The notes beneath the pieces were generated by a model. The model was given only the letters and a program-made list of their open reading frames with translations. It searched no databases and was not told where the DNA came from. From NCBI GenBank assembly GCA_963808645.1, contig CAWEGU010000005.1, positions 93,442-157,441 on the forward strand: 64,000 bases of DNA. Direction: 5' to 3'. Of this stretch, positions 30,445-41,706 are shown one piece after another. Numbering within the stretch: the first letter of the stretch is position 1; each line of letters begins with the position of its first letter. The DNA comes from an uncultured Alphaproteobacteria bacterium. GTDB lineage: Bacteria > Pseudomonadota > Alphaproteobacteria > Rhizobiales > Beijerinckiaceae. Position numbers and translations under genes: made by a program.

Positions 30445-30597
30445 CTCGTTCCCATCGGCCATCGTATCATTTCACTTTGAAATGGCTTGTCTGAGCACTA
30501 ACGGCAAAATGGCCTCAAGTCCGCAATTACGGAATTGACGTACTCCAAGGCGGCGGTTGCTGCCGCCGGGTTGCTGACCGATCGGGGCCATCGACGA

Positions 30598-32127
30598 TCA
30601 ACCCAATATCGCTGCTGCGCGCGAGGCGATTACTTCGACAGGATCCGTGGCGTCTACGCGCAGCCAGTCCAACACTCCTGTTGGCTGCTTGGCCTGTGCG
30701 GACACAATCTCGGCCGTCGCGTCCGATGCATCCTTCTTGCGTTTGGCTATTCGCTCCGTAAGCGTGTTGATCGGCGCTTCGAGCCAGAGGCCGGTAAAAA
30801 GGGCTTTGCTCCGGCTCGCGACCCGCTCAACCGCGACGCGCTCTTCCGGCCTTAAATGCACGGCGTCGATTACGACGCTCTGGCCAGCATCAAGCGCGGT
30901 TGCAGCCAAATCGCGGAGACGTTGATAAGTCCGTGCCGTAGCTTCAGGGCGATAGGCCTCGCCCGGCAGGCGGTCGAATTCGTGGACATGGAAGAGCCGC
31001 TTGCGTTCAAAGTCGCTCCGCAGATACACGGCGCCGGGTGCGCGTCCTACCGAACCGGAGAGCGCGGCGGCAAGCGAACTTTTGCCGGTCCCGGACAGAC
31101 CGCCGATGGCGACCAAATCGAGCCGGCGCGGAGCGAGAAATCGGCATGCGGCTTCGAAATGCCGGCGCGCGTCTTTTGCGTGATCGTCGTCTGTTCCAGG
31201 CTGGAGAATGGTCACCTTGGCACGAATAGCCGCGCGCAAGGAAAGAAAAAGCGGAAGCAGGGAAAGGCCTTTGAGCTGCTTTTCCACGCTATCGCAGATC
31301 CATAAATACCGGTTGAGCAGCAGGTTCGCGTGGCTCCTCAATCCGCGTGTCCACAGATCCATCAGAAGAAACGCGAGATCGTAAAGCACGTCGCACGTCG
31401 CGATCGTCTCATCGAATTCGATCGCATCAAACAAGACTGGCCGGTCTTCGATCAAGACGACGTTGCGCAAGTGGAGATCGCCATGACAGCGGCGGACTTG
31501 ACCATGATTTTCGCGCTCCGAAAGCAATGGGGCGAGCCGCGCGAACGTTTGTTGCATTGCCTGGCGAAGGCCCGCGACCGCTTGCGCCGCGAAGTTTTCG
31601 GGCGCCGCTTCAAGCGAGATGAGGGTCTCTTCAATCTGGTGTTGCAATGCTTTGCCAGCATTTGCGCCTCTGATGATCGGCGCGCGCTGGTGCGACGCGG
31701 CGACAACCCCCGCCAATTTGGCGATGATTTCTAGACTGAGCTCGTTTCGCTTGGCGACCCGGTCGAGCGTGCGGTTTTCGTCAAAGCGGCGCAGATGGAC
31801 CGCCCATTCGACGATCGTGCCTCCGCGGCCGAACTTCAAGTGGAAACCGTGTTTCGAAATCGGAACGACGCCTAGGTAAAGGCCCGGGGCATCGACTCTG
31901 TTGACGGCAAGCTCGCGCTCGCAAGCCCGGCGCCGCTTGTCGAGAGTCGAGACGTCCATGAAAGGAAACCGCACCGCCCTTTTGACCTTGTAGACATTCT
32001 TGCCAGCGAGGAACACCGCGGCGCCATGCGTGTCGATGCGAATGATGGGCTCGCGAAGCTCATGGGTCGCGGGGTCGGCCAGGAAAGCGAAGACGTCGCT
32101 TTGGTCGAAGCAGGCCTGCTGTTCCAT
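30598..32127 (-). CDS. Aminoglycoside-phosphotransferase-like + AAA_33 kinase (Rv2004c/COG2187-type)
   Basis: RIDTHGAAVFL, RRCHGDLHLRN, LFDAIEF, GGLSGTGKS, RSDFERK. Confidence 0.88.
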   Translation of the reverse strand: MEQQACFDQSDVFAFLADPATHELREPIIRIDTHGAAVFLAGKNVYKVKRAVRFPFMDVSTLDKRRRACERELAVNRVDAPGLYLGVVPISKHGFHLKFGRGGTIVEWAVHLRRFDENRTLDRVAKRNELSLEIIAKLAGVVAASHQRAPIIRGANAGKALQHQIEETLISLEAAPENFAAQAVAGLRQAMQQTFARLAPLLSERENHGQVRRCHGDLHLRNVVLIEDRPVLFDAIEFDETIATCDVLYDLAFLLMDLWTRGLRSHANLLLNRYLWICDSVEKQLKGLSLLPLFLSLRAAIRAKVTILQPGTDDDHAKDARRHFEAACRFLAPRRLDLVAIGGLSGTGKSSLAAALSGSVGRAPGAVYLRSDFERKRLFHVHEFDRLPGEAYRPEATARTYQRLRDLAATALDAGQSVVIDAVHLRPEERVAVERVASRSKALFTGLWLEAPINTLTERIAKRKKDASDATAEIVSAQAKQPTGVLDWLRVDATDPVEVIASRAAAILG

Positions 32128-32269
32128 GTTGGATCACCACAGCGGATGTCGTAACAACGTTGCTCCGTCGGCTTCGCCGCGATGGCGCCTCATACCGAGC
32201 GGCCACTATGCGAAATCTGGTGGTCCGGTATCTCAACTCCGGCGCGGCGCCAAGCGCACGGCGCGCCGG

Positions 32270-32450
32270 AAGGATGGAATCCGCGAGAGATTAGGGAATA
32301 TTCGATCTGCAGGTCGGCGATCGGATGCACGGCCCGCCCTGCGGATCGTCGCCGCGACCTCAGAAAGCCCGATATAGCGGTACCGGCCTTCACCGTTTCG
32401 GCGATGGCTCCGACCGTGTCCTCGACTGGCACGTTCGGATCGACCCGCAT
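32270..32450 (-). pseudogene. Aldo/keto reductase internal fragment
   Basis: RVDPNVPVEDTVGAIAETVKAG and HPIADLQIEYSLISR. Confidence 0.75.
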
Positions 32451-32558
32451 AATCGGCGGATCGGCGACATTTTCTGACGTCGGCCGTTTTATTGCGTATG
32501 ATGCTGGCGTACAATTGAAATTGGGTGCCCACAGTTAGACCAGGGATGGAGTGCGTCA

Positions 32559-33041
32559 ATGAAACTACCGAGTTTGTGGTCTCGCAACCACGACCTAATG
32601 TACGACCCATTCAGATCACTCCGGCGCGAGATGGAAGACATGTTCCGCGTGTTCGATCGGAATTTGCCTTCGTTGAACGTTGGGGCAGGCGTGCCGACGA
32701 TCGATGTGGCCGAAACCAAAGACGCTATTGAAGTAAGCGCCGAACTCCCAGGTGTTGACGAGAAAGATATCAAGGTCAGCCTGGATGGCAACCGGCTGGT
32801 GATCTCCGGCGAGAAAAAGGGGGAGACCAAGAAGGACGAAAAAGACTGGCACGTGGAGGAGCGTAGTTACGGCTCATTTTACCGGTCGATGTCCCTACCC
32901 TTCAAACCGGAGGATGGAGCTGTCGAGGCTCACTTTGACAAGGGAGTTCTCCACCTCAACATCAAGAAGCCCGCGGAAGTCGCGAAAAGCGCCAAGACTA
33001 TAGACATCAAGCCTGGCGCACCACCGAAGGGAGCGCGATAA
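32559..33041 (+). CDS. Small heat-shock protein (Hsp20/alpha-crystallin)
   Basis: PTIDVAETKDAIEVSAELPGV, LVISGEK, ERSYGSFYRS, FDKGVLHL. Confidence 0.92.
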   Translation: MKLPSLWSRNHDLMYDPFRSLRREMEDMFRVFDRNLPSLNVGAGVPTIDVAETKDAIEVSAELPGVDEKDIKVSLDGNRLVISGEKKGETKKDEKDWHVEERSYGSFYRSMSLPFKPEDGAVEAHFDKGVLHLNIKKPAEVAKSAKTIDIKPGAPPKGAR

Positions 33042-33294
33042 AGTTTATCCTTGTGCGGTGCCGCAAGCGAGGATTGGCGATAGTTTGTCGTTGATCCATT
33101 CGCTTTCGATCAGAATGGTCTGGCCGCACCCGAAGTTCAACGGCTTTATACCCGGGGGTGTCTTCGTATTTTGCCATGCCCACACGTCCTACGCACCGTC
33201 CACGTGACCCGCGGCACCGGGGGACGTCGGCCGGCCCAGGAGACGTGCTAATTATAGCGACCTTCCATGCTCGTTTTGATCATGGCAGGTTGAT

Positions 33295-33504
33295 TTACCA
33301 CTTGTCATAGTCGCGCGCCGGGCCGGAATAGGGGTCGCGATCGAACTTGGCGCCCTGCACCTCGAGGATCGCCAGCACCTCTCTCAGGGAGGCGACGGTG
33401 TCGTGGAGCTGGGGGTAGCCTGCCAGCATGTCAGCTATTTTAGTGAGCTCGCGGCACGCTACGTCGATAATGTGGGCAACGGTATTATCGCATTTAGGGG
33501 TCAT
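33295..33504 (-). CDS. Small hypothetical protein
   Basis: 69-aa ORF just downstream of the receiver gene, same strand. Confidence 0.35.
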   Translation of the reverse strand: MTPKCDNTVAHIIDVACRELTKIADMLAGYPQLHDTVASLREVLAILEVQGAKFDRDPYSGPARDYDKW

Positions 33505-33532
33505 TTCGGGGTCCAGACGTTGGCTTTTGGTT

Positions 33533-33994
33533 TCAATTGAGAACTTCGCGAATCGTGCGCCGGATCGCTGCGGGCGATACCGGTTTCGGCAGCGAGGCAT
33601 ATTGCCGAGCAAGGGTCGGCACCACGTCATCTTCAGCGTTTGTGGTGAGGAAAATAATTGGCGTTGATTGCAGCGCTGGGTTAGATCGGAGCCATCTCAT
33701 CGCCTCGCGGCCAGGAACGTCGCGAAGCTGCACATCCACGAGAACGAGATCGGGAGGGCTTTCGCGCGCGGCAACAACCGCGGCAATGCCGCTATCCACG
33801 GCGTCGGCGGCGAACCCAGAACTCTCGAGGGCATCACGACACAGCTGTAGCGTTGCAGAATCCGCTCCCACGACGAGCGCGCGCCGCGCCGGCAAGCCGG
33901 AGGAAGCCTTCTGAGGCGTTTCCACGTTTGCCGCTTCGATCGCATCCTTCGAGCAGTTGGTGGCCGAGGGCCGCCGCAGGCGGGTTTCTTTCAT
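33533..33994 (-). CDS. Single-domain response regulator (receiver)
   Basis: PDLVLVDVQL, DVPG, TPIIFLT, LPKP; the first acidic pocket is degenerate (VGAD). Confidence 0.75.
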   Translation of the reverse strand: MKETRLRRPSATNCSKDAIEAANVETPQKASSGLPARRALVVGADSATLQLCRDALESSGFAADAVDSGIAAVVAARESPPDLVLVDVQLRDVPGREAMRWLRSNPALQSTPIIFLTTNAEDDVVPTLARQYASLPKPVSPAAIRRTIREVLN

Positions 33995-34135
33995 TACCGT
34001 TCTCGTTTAGCTGCTTGTATTTGTTTGGACGTTCGTCGCTGGGATATGCTTTCGATCGTGAGGCCGAGATAGTCGGCGATGTCACTCCGTGTCATTGGCA
34101 CATCCACTCTTCCACGCAGTCCCCGCCTTGCTGCA

Positions 34136-34435
34136 TTATTCCTGGCAGATTAAGCCGCGTGTGACATAGACCCGCCCGTCGGGACCCGCCATGCGTGTGA
34201 CTCTTACGCAATCCTCATCCTCGCCCGCTGCCGCGCGGCCAAGCTGGAACGCCGGGCCCTTACCAAGCGGCGCATAGACTGTTTTCGTTTTGGCGGTCCG
34301 CTGCGAAGGGCTAAAAACCTTCGGGGTGATCATCATCGGCGCTGCAAACCCCGCCGCACCGAGACAGGAGACCGCAATGCCCGCCATGGCATACCTAAGT
34401 GCTTGTTTCCCGATAGCGTTGCGCGACCTGATCAT
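34136..34435 (-). CDS. Small exported hypothetical protein
   Basis: Signal-like N-terminus; C-terminal Cys pair (EDCV...LICQE). Confidence 0.5.
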   Translation of the reverse strand: MIRSRNAIGKQALRYAMAGIAVSCLGAAGFAAPMMITPKVFSPSQRTAKTKTVYAPLGKGPAFQLGRAAAGEDEDCVRVTRMAGPDGRVYVTRGLICQE

Positions 34436-34815
34436 GGTTTCCACTCCCTCCAACCGGCGACACCGGCGGGCGTTGTTCGTCGTGTCGCCCGTCTCGCCGG
34501 GAACCTTTCTCTCGAGCGAGTTGATGGCCACGAGAGCGCCAGTCCTTTGGCGGCCCAGGCCCCCAGAGGCAGCGAGTCGCGCTAGACCATTCTTGGCGGT
34601 GGCCTTAGAAATGGCTTGTGCATCCATCGCTCAATCTCCCCTCATGATGGCGGGCCTCGAATCGGTCCGACGAGGACTAGGTTTACAGAAGCCATGTCAC
34701 CGGTTGATGCCAGAAGCCACGGCTTTTGATGTCTGAAGGAGGTGAAATGTGACGCTTTGTGACAGGTTGAACATGCTCGCTTTTCCCCCGGGTAGGGCTC
34801 GATCCCGGCCCTTGG

Positions 34816-35559
34816 ATGACTGACCCCCTTCATGTCCTGATCGTGGATGACGAGCCCGGCATCCGGAACATGCTGCGGCGTTATCTCGTCGAGGAGGGCT
34901 TCAAGGTGAGCGATGCCGGGGACGGTGCTGGCGTGCGCGCCGTGCTCGCGCGCGAGGTGATCCATCTCGTGCTGCTCGATCTGATGATGCCGGGCGAGGA
35001 CGGGCTTTCCCTAGCCCGTTATATCCGGCAGCACTCCGAAATCCCGATCATCATGTTGACCGGAAAGGGCGATTTGATCGACCGCGTGGTTGGACTCGAG
35101 ACCGGGGCGGACGACTACATCCCCAAGCCATTCGAACTGCGGGAGGTCCTTGCGCGCATCCGGACTGTCATGCGCAGGGCAGGTCCGCGCGCCGCACCTG
35201 CTGCGCCTGCGCCCGCCCCGGCCGCCAGTGGGAACACCAGCGAGGTTCTCGTCTTCGAAGGCTGGCGGCTCGACGTGCTCAGACGCGAGCTGCGACGGCA
35301 GCCTGGCGACCTCGTGCCCCTCACCGCCGGAGAATTCGAGCTGTTATGCTCCTTCGTCCGCCATCCCAATCGCGTGCTGAATCGGGATCAGCTGATCGAT
35401 CTCGTCAAGGGCCGGGAATGGGCTGCTTACGAGCGGGGTGTCGACACCCAGGTGATGCGGTTGCGCAAGAAGATCGAAGTTGATCCTAGTAACCCCAGCC
35501 TGATCAAGACGGTTCGTGGTTCCGGCTATGTTTTCGCCGCGGCCGTGACGGTTGACTGA
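34816..35559 (+). CDS. OmpR-family response regulator
   Basis: VLIVDDE, LLDLMMPGEDG, GADDYIPKPF, winged helix IKTVRGSGY. Confidence 0.92.
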   Translation: MTDPLHVLIVDDEPGIRNMLRRYLVEEGFKVSDAGDGAGVRAVLAREVIHLVLLDLMMPGEDGLSLARYIRQHSEIPIIMLTGKGDLIDRVVGLETGADDYIPKPFELREVLARIRTVMRRAGPRAAPAAPAPAPAASGNTSEVLVFEGWRLDVLRRELRRQPGDLVPLTAGEFELLCSFVRHPNRVLNRDQLIDLVKGREWAAYERGVDTQVMRLRKKIEVDPSNPSLIKTVRGSGYVFAAAVTVD

Positions 35560-35580
35560 ACTGAATGCTGTCGCCGGTGC

Positions 35581-38190
35581 TCAGTGCGCAAGCAGCTCGC
35601 GTAGCTTGGCGCCAAGTTCGTTGGTGCTATGGGGCTTGCCGAGCCAGCTCACATTCGTCGTTAGCATGCCGACCTTGAGCGCCGCAGGCTCAGCGTAACC
35701 GGAGGTAAATAGAATTTTTAGCTCGGGGCGCCGCCGCCGCGCCTCATGCGCAAGATCGAGCCCCGTCATGCCGCCGGGCATCACAATGTCGGTAAAGAGC
35801 ACGTCGATCGGTTCTTCACGATCGAGCACAAGCAGTGCAGCGGGGCCGCAATCCGCCTCAATAACGGCATAACCAAGCTCTTTCAGCCTGCGAACCGAAA
35901 CCCGGCGCACACGCTGATCATCCTCGACAACGAGAATCGCCTCCCCCAATGCTACACGCGCAATCGAAACGGCGGCCCGCTGTTCCGCCGCGTTCGAGCC
36001 GGCGTGCTCCGGTAGATATAGCCGCACGGTCGTACCATGCCCAAGTTCACTGTAGAGCTGGACATGGCCGCCAGATTGTTTCACGAAGCCATAAACCATG
36101 CTCAAGCCGAGCCCGCTGCCCACGCCAGCTCCCTTCGTCGTATAGAAAGGTTCGAAGGCGCGCTGCCGTACTTCCGGGGTCATACCAGTGCCGGTATCGG
36201 TCACCGCGAGAGTGATATACCGGCCGGGCACCACATCGGCGCCGGCGGCGGCATAGTCCTCATCGATCTCTGCCCGGGCCGTCTCGATAACAAGTTGTCC
36301 CCCGTTCAGCATCGCGTCGCGCGCGTTGATCGCCAAATTCAAGAGCGCGTTCTCGACTTGGCCGGGATCGGCGATGATCATGGGCAGCTCCTCCGCAAGG
36401 CGGGTCTCGATCGTCGTTGTCTCGCCGAGAATGCGCCGCAGCAGTTCGACCATGCCACCGGCAAGCGCATTAAGTTCGGTCGGCTTTGGGTTGAGCGATT
36501 GGCGGCGCCCGAAGGCGAGCAGTCGTTTGGCGAGTTCGGCGCCAAGCTTGGACGCCTCCTGCGCTTCATTGAGCATTTCGCGATGCTCCGGATCATTGAT
36601 CCGACGCTCCAGCATCTCGAGATTGCCAGAGATCACGGTCAGAAGGTTGTTGAAGTCGTGAGCGACGCCGCCGGTGAGCTGGCCGATGGCCTCCATCTTC
36701 TGCGCCCGCCGAAGATCCTGCTCCATCTTGATGCGCGCCGTCAGGTCGCGGATGAAGCCGGTGAATATATGAGTCCCGCCGAGCTTCACTTCGCCAACGG
36801 CGAGTTCCATCGGGAAGATGGCACCATCCTTGCGCTGCGCCTCCACCTGCCGGCCAATGCCGATGATGCGCTTCTCGCCGGTCCGTAGGTATCGGGCCAA
36901 GTAACCATCATGGTTCTCGCGATGCGGCGCGGGCATGAGCATCTTGACGTTGCGCCCGATTACCTCTCCGGGAGCGTAGCCGAACAGCTTTTCTGCGGAT
37001 TTGCTGAAATACTGGATAATGCCGCGCTCGTCGATCGCGATGATCGCGTCGGGGGCGGTCTCAAGAATGGAGCGGAGCCGTGCCTCTCGCTCCTGAAGCA
37101 TCGATTGCGCGCGTTTTGTCTCCGTCACATCCGAGTCGAACTCCAGGACCGATACCGGATCGCCACCATCACGCCGGTACAATGCCCATCGGCTTGCCAC
37201 TATCACTAGGCGGCCATCGAGATGAGTGCGCACGAGTTCACCCTGCCATAGTCCTGTTTCCAGCAGCTCAGCCTGAATTGCCGGCAAAGGCACCGGAAAC
37301 TCAGTCGCGAGGAGTTCATGGGAGATGCTTCCGACAGCCTTTTCTGCCGGCCAGCCATAAAGCGCCTGAAGGCCGTGACCCCAGAGCATGATTTCACCAT
37401 CGAGTTTGCGTACCATCGCTGGCACCTGATCCAAGGCATGCGCGAGTATTTCGAACTGGTCCGGTTTCGCTTGGAATTGCGCTTCTGTGTTCCTCCGGCC
37501 CGTAATGTCTTGCGCGATCTGAGACGCACCAACAATGCGCCCTATCTCGTCATGGATAGGTGACACGGTGAGCGAGATCTGAACGATGCGGCCATTCTTT
37601 CGCAGCCGGTCCGTCTCGTAGTGCTCGACGCACTCCCCGCGGCGAATGCGGTCCAGGATCTGCCCCATCTCTTTTGGATTGCTTGGCGCCGTGATGATAT
37701 GTATTGGCCTGCCGACCATTTCGGACGTGGTGAGGCCGAATATCCTTTCTGCGCTTTGGTTCCAGCTCGTCACGATCCCATCCAGCGTCGTGCCGATGAC
37801 CGCCGCTTCCGACGATTGGACAATCGCGGCGAGCAGCGGCGTTGCCATGCTGTCACGCTTGCGAGAATCGACAGCGCGGCGGGAGGCCCCATGCTTGCGG
37901 GATAGGCGGACCGGCGGCCTCTTCGCGGCCGTAGGCTTGGCAGGCTTGGCGGCGCTCCAACTGGACTTGTTCGTGATCCCCTGACGGGCCTTGGATGGTT
38001 GCTTGGCACCGGCGCCTCGCACATCCTTGCTGGCGGGCTTGTCTCTGTGTACCTTTGGCTTGGACTTTCCGGTTTTCTCTGCCGAGGCAGGCGCCGCTGC
38101 GTCATTCTTCGGCACCGTTCGGCGGCGCCTCGTGTCGTTGTTGCCACTATTCATCCTGCGGCGCCTCGTGTCGTTGTTGCCACTATTCAT
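35581..38190 (-). CDS. Hybrid sensor kinase: PAS-PAS-heme PAS (FixL-like)-HK-receiver
   Basis: NHDGYLARYLRTGEKRIIGIG (FixL heme-PAS), GGVAHDFNNLL H-box, GLGLSMV, C-terminal receiver LFTDIVMPGG. Confidence 0.9.
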   Translation of the reverse strand: MNSGNNDTRRRRMNSGNNDTRRRRTVPKNDAAAPASAEKTGKSKPKVHRDKPASKDVRGAGAKQPSKARQGITNKSSWSAAKPAKPTAAKRPPVRLSRKHGASRRAVDSRKRDSMATPLLAAIVQSSEAAVIGTTLDGIVTSWNQSAERIFGLTTSEMVGRPIHIITAPSNPKEMGQILDRIRRGECVEHYETDRLRKNGRIVQISLTVSPIHDEIGRIVGASQIAQDITGRRNTEAQFQAKPDQFEILAHALDQVPAMVRKLDGEIMLWGHGLQALYGWPAEKAVGSISHELLATEFPVPLPAIQAELLETGLWQGELVRTHLDGRLVIVASRWALYRRDGGDPVSVLEFDSDVTETKRAQSMLQEREARLRSILETAPDAIIAIDERGIIQYFSKSAEKLFGYAPGEVIGRNVKMLMPAPHRENHDGYLARYLRTGEKRIIGIGRQVEAQRKDGAIFPMELAVGEVKLGGTHIFTGFIRDLTARIKMEQDLRRAQKMEAIGQLTGGVAHDFNNLLTVISGNLEMLERRINDPEHREMLNEAQEASKLGAELAKRLLAFGRRQSLNPKPTELNALAGGMVELLRRILGETTTIETRLAEELPMIIADPGQVENALLNLAINARDAMLNGGQLVIETARAEIDEDYAAAGADVVPGRYITLAVTDTGTGMTPEVRQRAFEPFYTTKGAGVGSGLGLSMVYGFVKQSGGHVQLYSELGHGTTVRLYLPEHAGSNAAEQRAAVSIARVALGEAILVVEDDQRVRRVSVRRLKELGYAVIEADCGPAALLVLDREEPIDVLFTDIVMPGGMTGLDLAHEARRRRPELKILFTSGYAEPAALKVGMLTTNVSWLGKPHSTNELGAKLRELLAH

Positions 38191-38195
38191 CCTGC
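38122..38195 (-). repeat. 36-bp tandem duplication of the kinase start region
   Basis: MNSGNNDTRRRR encoded twice, each ATG preceded by AGG. Confidence 0.92.
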
Positions 38196-38514
38196 TGCCC
38201 CTCTACGTGTTCCACCGTCCGCTGAGGCATGACAACGTTCCTAGTGAGTTAGCCTCACCGGTCATAGCGGTAACGAGATTCAACCTTGTCCGCCGCCCTG
38301 ACTGATTTACCAGCGGAGACCAAGCGGGTCCATCATCTTTAAACCCGCGATAATTCTGAGATGGGATTTTAGATGAAGCGGGCGCTTCGGTGATCGCGCG
38401 TGAGGCAACTTCGCCTGCATTGGTCATTTCCTGACCAGAATTTACACGCCCCATCGGCGGACGAACCAGGTTTTGACCAGATGCGTCAGGATTGCGTAGC
38501 TCAATAGCGATCCC

Positions 38515-39066
38515 GAGGTAGAAGGGCTCCGGCCGCAGGCCATAGCGTTCGGCAAGATAGCCGGTGAGGAAGGCCGTGACGCCGACGGAGAGATATCCGG
38601 CAAACTCGTTCAGGCCGACCGCAAGCCCCCGCGACTTAGGACCGACGAGGTCGACCTTCATGATGACGGTCATCGACCAGGCAAGGCCCTGGTTGACGCC
38701 CAGAAGCGCATTCGCCCGCGATCACCCACCCCAGCTCGGTCCCCAGGCGATCATGAAAGGAACCGGCAGCCCGACCAGCCAGCCGAGGACCAGCACATGT
38801 TTGCGGCCGTAGACATCGGCGAAGTGTCCAGAAACCAAATTCGCGACCGCCTTGACGATGCCGAAGCTCACGATGAAGGAGACAATGATCGTGGTCGAAG
38901 CAATCTTGAATACTTCCGAGCCGATAAGCGGGACCACGGTCCGCTCCAGCCCCACCATGCCGCCGACGAACGCATTGATGAGGACGAGCAGCGAGAACTG
39001 CCGCCAGTTCTCGCGCAAGCCGAGCTCGATGCCGGATGAATTGGAGGCGTGTTGTCGTGTCGGCAA
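38515..39066 (-). pseudogene. MFS transporter, frameshifted and 3'-truncated
   Basis: LGLRENWRQFSLLVLINAFVGGMVGLERTVVPL; MKVDLVGPKSRGLAVGLNEFAGY. Confidence 0.8.
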
Positions 39067-39339
39067 GATTATCCCGCCCGAACGTCCGCGATCATACGCA
39101 CCCGAGGAACTCTACGTGAAAGACCGTCGGGATCAATTCGCGTCGCATTTCGCCGCGCAACAGCGACTACTTACGCAGATGCAGAACTTGCCTTCCAAAT
39201 GGGGACGCATGACCTCGACGACGTCGAAAGTGGCCACCGTGCCACTGTAGAGGTCGAGGCGGATCGGCGCAGTGCCCGCACTTCATTCGCGCCCTGACAT
39301 AAGGTATTTCATGAGCGCCGCGTGTTTTGAGGACGTCCT

Positions 39340-39924
39340 CTAGCCGGGCGATTCTTCGCCTGGCGCCGTCGAGGTGTGCCCACCGCTCAGGCGCCACCAA
39401 AACGTCATGCCAATCCCGATAAGAGCTACGACCCCCAAGACCAAGAACAGAGCAGATTCTGCGAGCCATGCGATCGCCGGCACGAAAAGTGCCATGGCGA
39501 TGCCGAGTGCGCAGATGTGCCAGGATACATGAACGCCCGCGACAAAAGTGCCAAGCGCCAGCAGCATCAGAAGCGTTAGCCCGGTCGCGGGCGCAGTAAG
39601 CATTATTTGAACATCGGGCAAAAGCACTATGTTCATCGCAATCAAGAAAGCCAGCCAATGGAGGGCTTGCGTCCAAACCATCCGAAATCGAGCTTTGGGG
39701 TCGTGAATATGAAGCCATCCCGTGGTTACGCAGACAAGCCCGGTCGCCACAGCAAGAAACTCCCAAAAGCCGATGAGAGGCTGGTGCGACACGCTGGTAT
39801 AGGCCACGCCCAATATTGTGAGCACCAGCACCACGATATAAGGCAATTCCCTAAGCCAGAACCTTGCTACCCGCGAATGGGCCAAGTAACCCGCCGCATT
39901 TTGCGACTTTTCCAGTTCGCTCAT
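39340..39924 (-). CDS. Hypothetical membrane protein (copy 1, intact)
   Basis: 194 aa with about 6 TM segments. Confidence 0.7.
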   Translation of the reverse strand: MSELEKSQNAAGYLAHSRVARFWLRELPYIVVLVLTILGVAYTSVSHQPLIGFWEFLAVATGLVCVTTGWLHIHDPKARFRMVWTQALHWLAFLIAMNIVLLPDVQIMLTAPATGLTLLMLLALGTFVAGVHVSWHICALGIAMALFVPAIAWLAESALFLVLGVVALIGIGMTFWWRLSGGHTSTAPGEESPG

Positions 39925-40190
39925 GGCGATGTTCCGATCATACTTCGTCTTCTACGGGATCCGGCAAGCATCGACATCCACCCGATGACCAGATTTCGAA
40001 ACTGAGATTGCCGCTTTGGACGAGCATTGGCAAGGCCGAACGATCGCCGTGATGCTCCGGCACACCAAAGGACGGTGACCCAGATCGGCAGCCGATCGGT
40101 CGGCGAGAAGACCGAGACCGAATCGCTACCGGCGATGGTCCCTCGAAGCGGGTCTAAGGGTCGGAGTATCCAGGTGCAGAAGGTCACGCT

Positions 40191-40248
40191 TTGCGGGAGC
40201 TGCGCGGGCGCGACTATGACGGCGCCCACGACAGTGTGCATCGGTTCG
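40191..40248 (+). mobile_element. Possible IS21 istA fragment at the duplication end
   Basis: ELRGRDYDGAHDSVHRF resembles the IstA HTH segment as recalled from memory. Confidence 0.4.
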
Positions 40249-41706
40249 CCCGCGTCCCTGCGGGTCCGCCGCCTGCTTCACATCGTCATGGAGTTGGCGG
40301 ACGGCTATCGGCCGTTCATGGTGCTTCTCCCACCAGGTCGCAAACAGGTCGGCGACCGCCTGTCGGCGCCCGTCACGCTCCTTCGCCTCGCTCACCCGCT
40401 CGGCCGGGTCCTGACAGCCAAGAGCGAGCAGCGGATCACGTACCCACCCGCACCATTGTCCGAAGCTGCCGAGCGCGAGGCCGGGCTTGATGTCGGCCGC
40501 GACCCTCCCCCACCGCCAAATTGTAAGCAACGCTGCCAGCAGCTCCGTGCGCCGGTCCGTCACCTCGACACGGATGTCGGTCGTGAACGGTCGCGCCTCC
40601 GGGTCCTCGGTGCGCGGATCGAAATCCACCGCAACGAAGCGGCGCGCCAGGTCTTCCGAGAGGGTGAGGCCATTGCCGGTCAGGATCACAAAGGCAGATG
40701 CATTTAACGGCACCATCTGCGACTTGCCGAGCAGCCGCACACGTGCCGGCCGTTCCGTGATCGCGCTCGCGAGCAGATTGGACTTGAAAGCGGTGTTGTT
40801 CAGGTTATCGAGGAATAAGGCCGGACTGCCCTCGATCAATTCGGCGGCGATCCGCTTCTCCAGTTCGTCTGCCGTTGCACCCGCCGTCACGGCGTGCGGC
40901 TCGCGCCCGAACGCGATGATGCAGATGCAGCGGGCGAGCAGGTCCTTGCCGGCGCCAGCGCCCGACATGGGCGGCGCCCGCAGCAGCACGCCTGGAGCAA
41001 GGTGCAGGCTCGGCCGACACACAGCAGTCAACAATGCGACCAGAAATGAGGACTCGTCCCTGCCCGGGGCCTTGCTCGTGTCCACCGTGGCCACGCCACC
41101 GGCGGCATCGTCCATGGTCTCGGCATCGGCGAAGCAGAACGTCTTGAATGTCTCGCGGATCAGCCGAAGCGCCGCCGCTGCGTCATCTTTAGTTGGCCGC
41201 GCCGAAACGAACCCAGCGAGATTCGGCAGGTTCTCGCACCACATCCCTGAAACCGGATCGTGGCCCTCGGCGCTGTTGACCGTGCCGTCGTCCTGCAACA
41301 ACGGCGCCGACGCAATGCCGTTGAGCGAGGCCAGCCGCCATTCGCCGCGCCAGTCGAGATACATGACCGCGAACGAGCGCGGCAGTCGGGTGCCATCCGG
41401 CTTCGCCTTCAGCACGTAGGGCCGGCAGACCGCGTGCGCCATCAGCACAAGGGCATCAGGTGTCATCACCTGCGCGACGGCGCCTCGCTGTATTTGGTCG
41501 AAGGCGAGACGAACTGGAATGCCCCGGTCATAAAGCCCGCCAGCCGCAGAGAGGGTGTCCCGCAGCGCCGCGACGGTGCGATCAGGGTTGCAGTCCTCGA
41601 TCAGCAGCCGCGGCTTTTGGCCCAGTGTCTCGGCGATGGGCGGATCGCGAATTTCCTCGGCGCTATCGATCGCGTTGACGATCTGGTTCTCGGTCCCGGA
41701 GGTCAT
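40249..41706 (-). pseudogene. Primase-associated replication ATPase-like protein, 3'-truncated
   Basis: P-loop-like MSGAGAGKDLLA, LFLDNL, LTGNGL...DLARR; similarity breaks at 40249. Confidence 0.65.

Larger units (their letters stand above)
39323..40248. repeat. About 0.93-kb direct duplication, copy 1
   Basis: Matches 53303-54225; both end at ...GTGCATCGGTTCG. Confidence 0.92.

Noticed and set aside
30598-32127. Aminoglycoside resistance gene
   Set aside because: An APH-like fold fused to AAA_33 is the Rv2004c-type stress kinase; no evidence for antibiotic modification.
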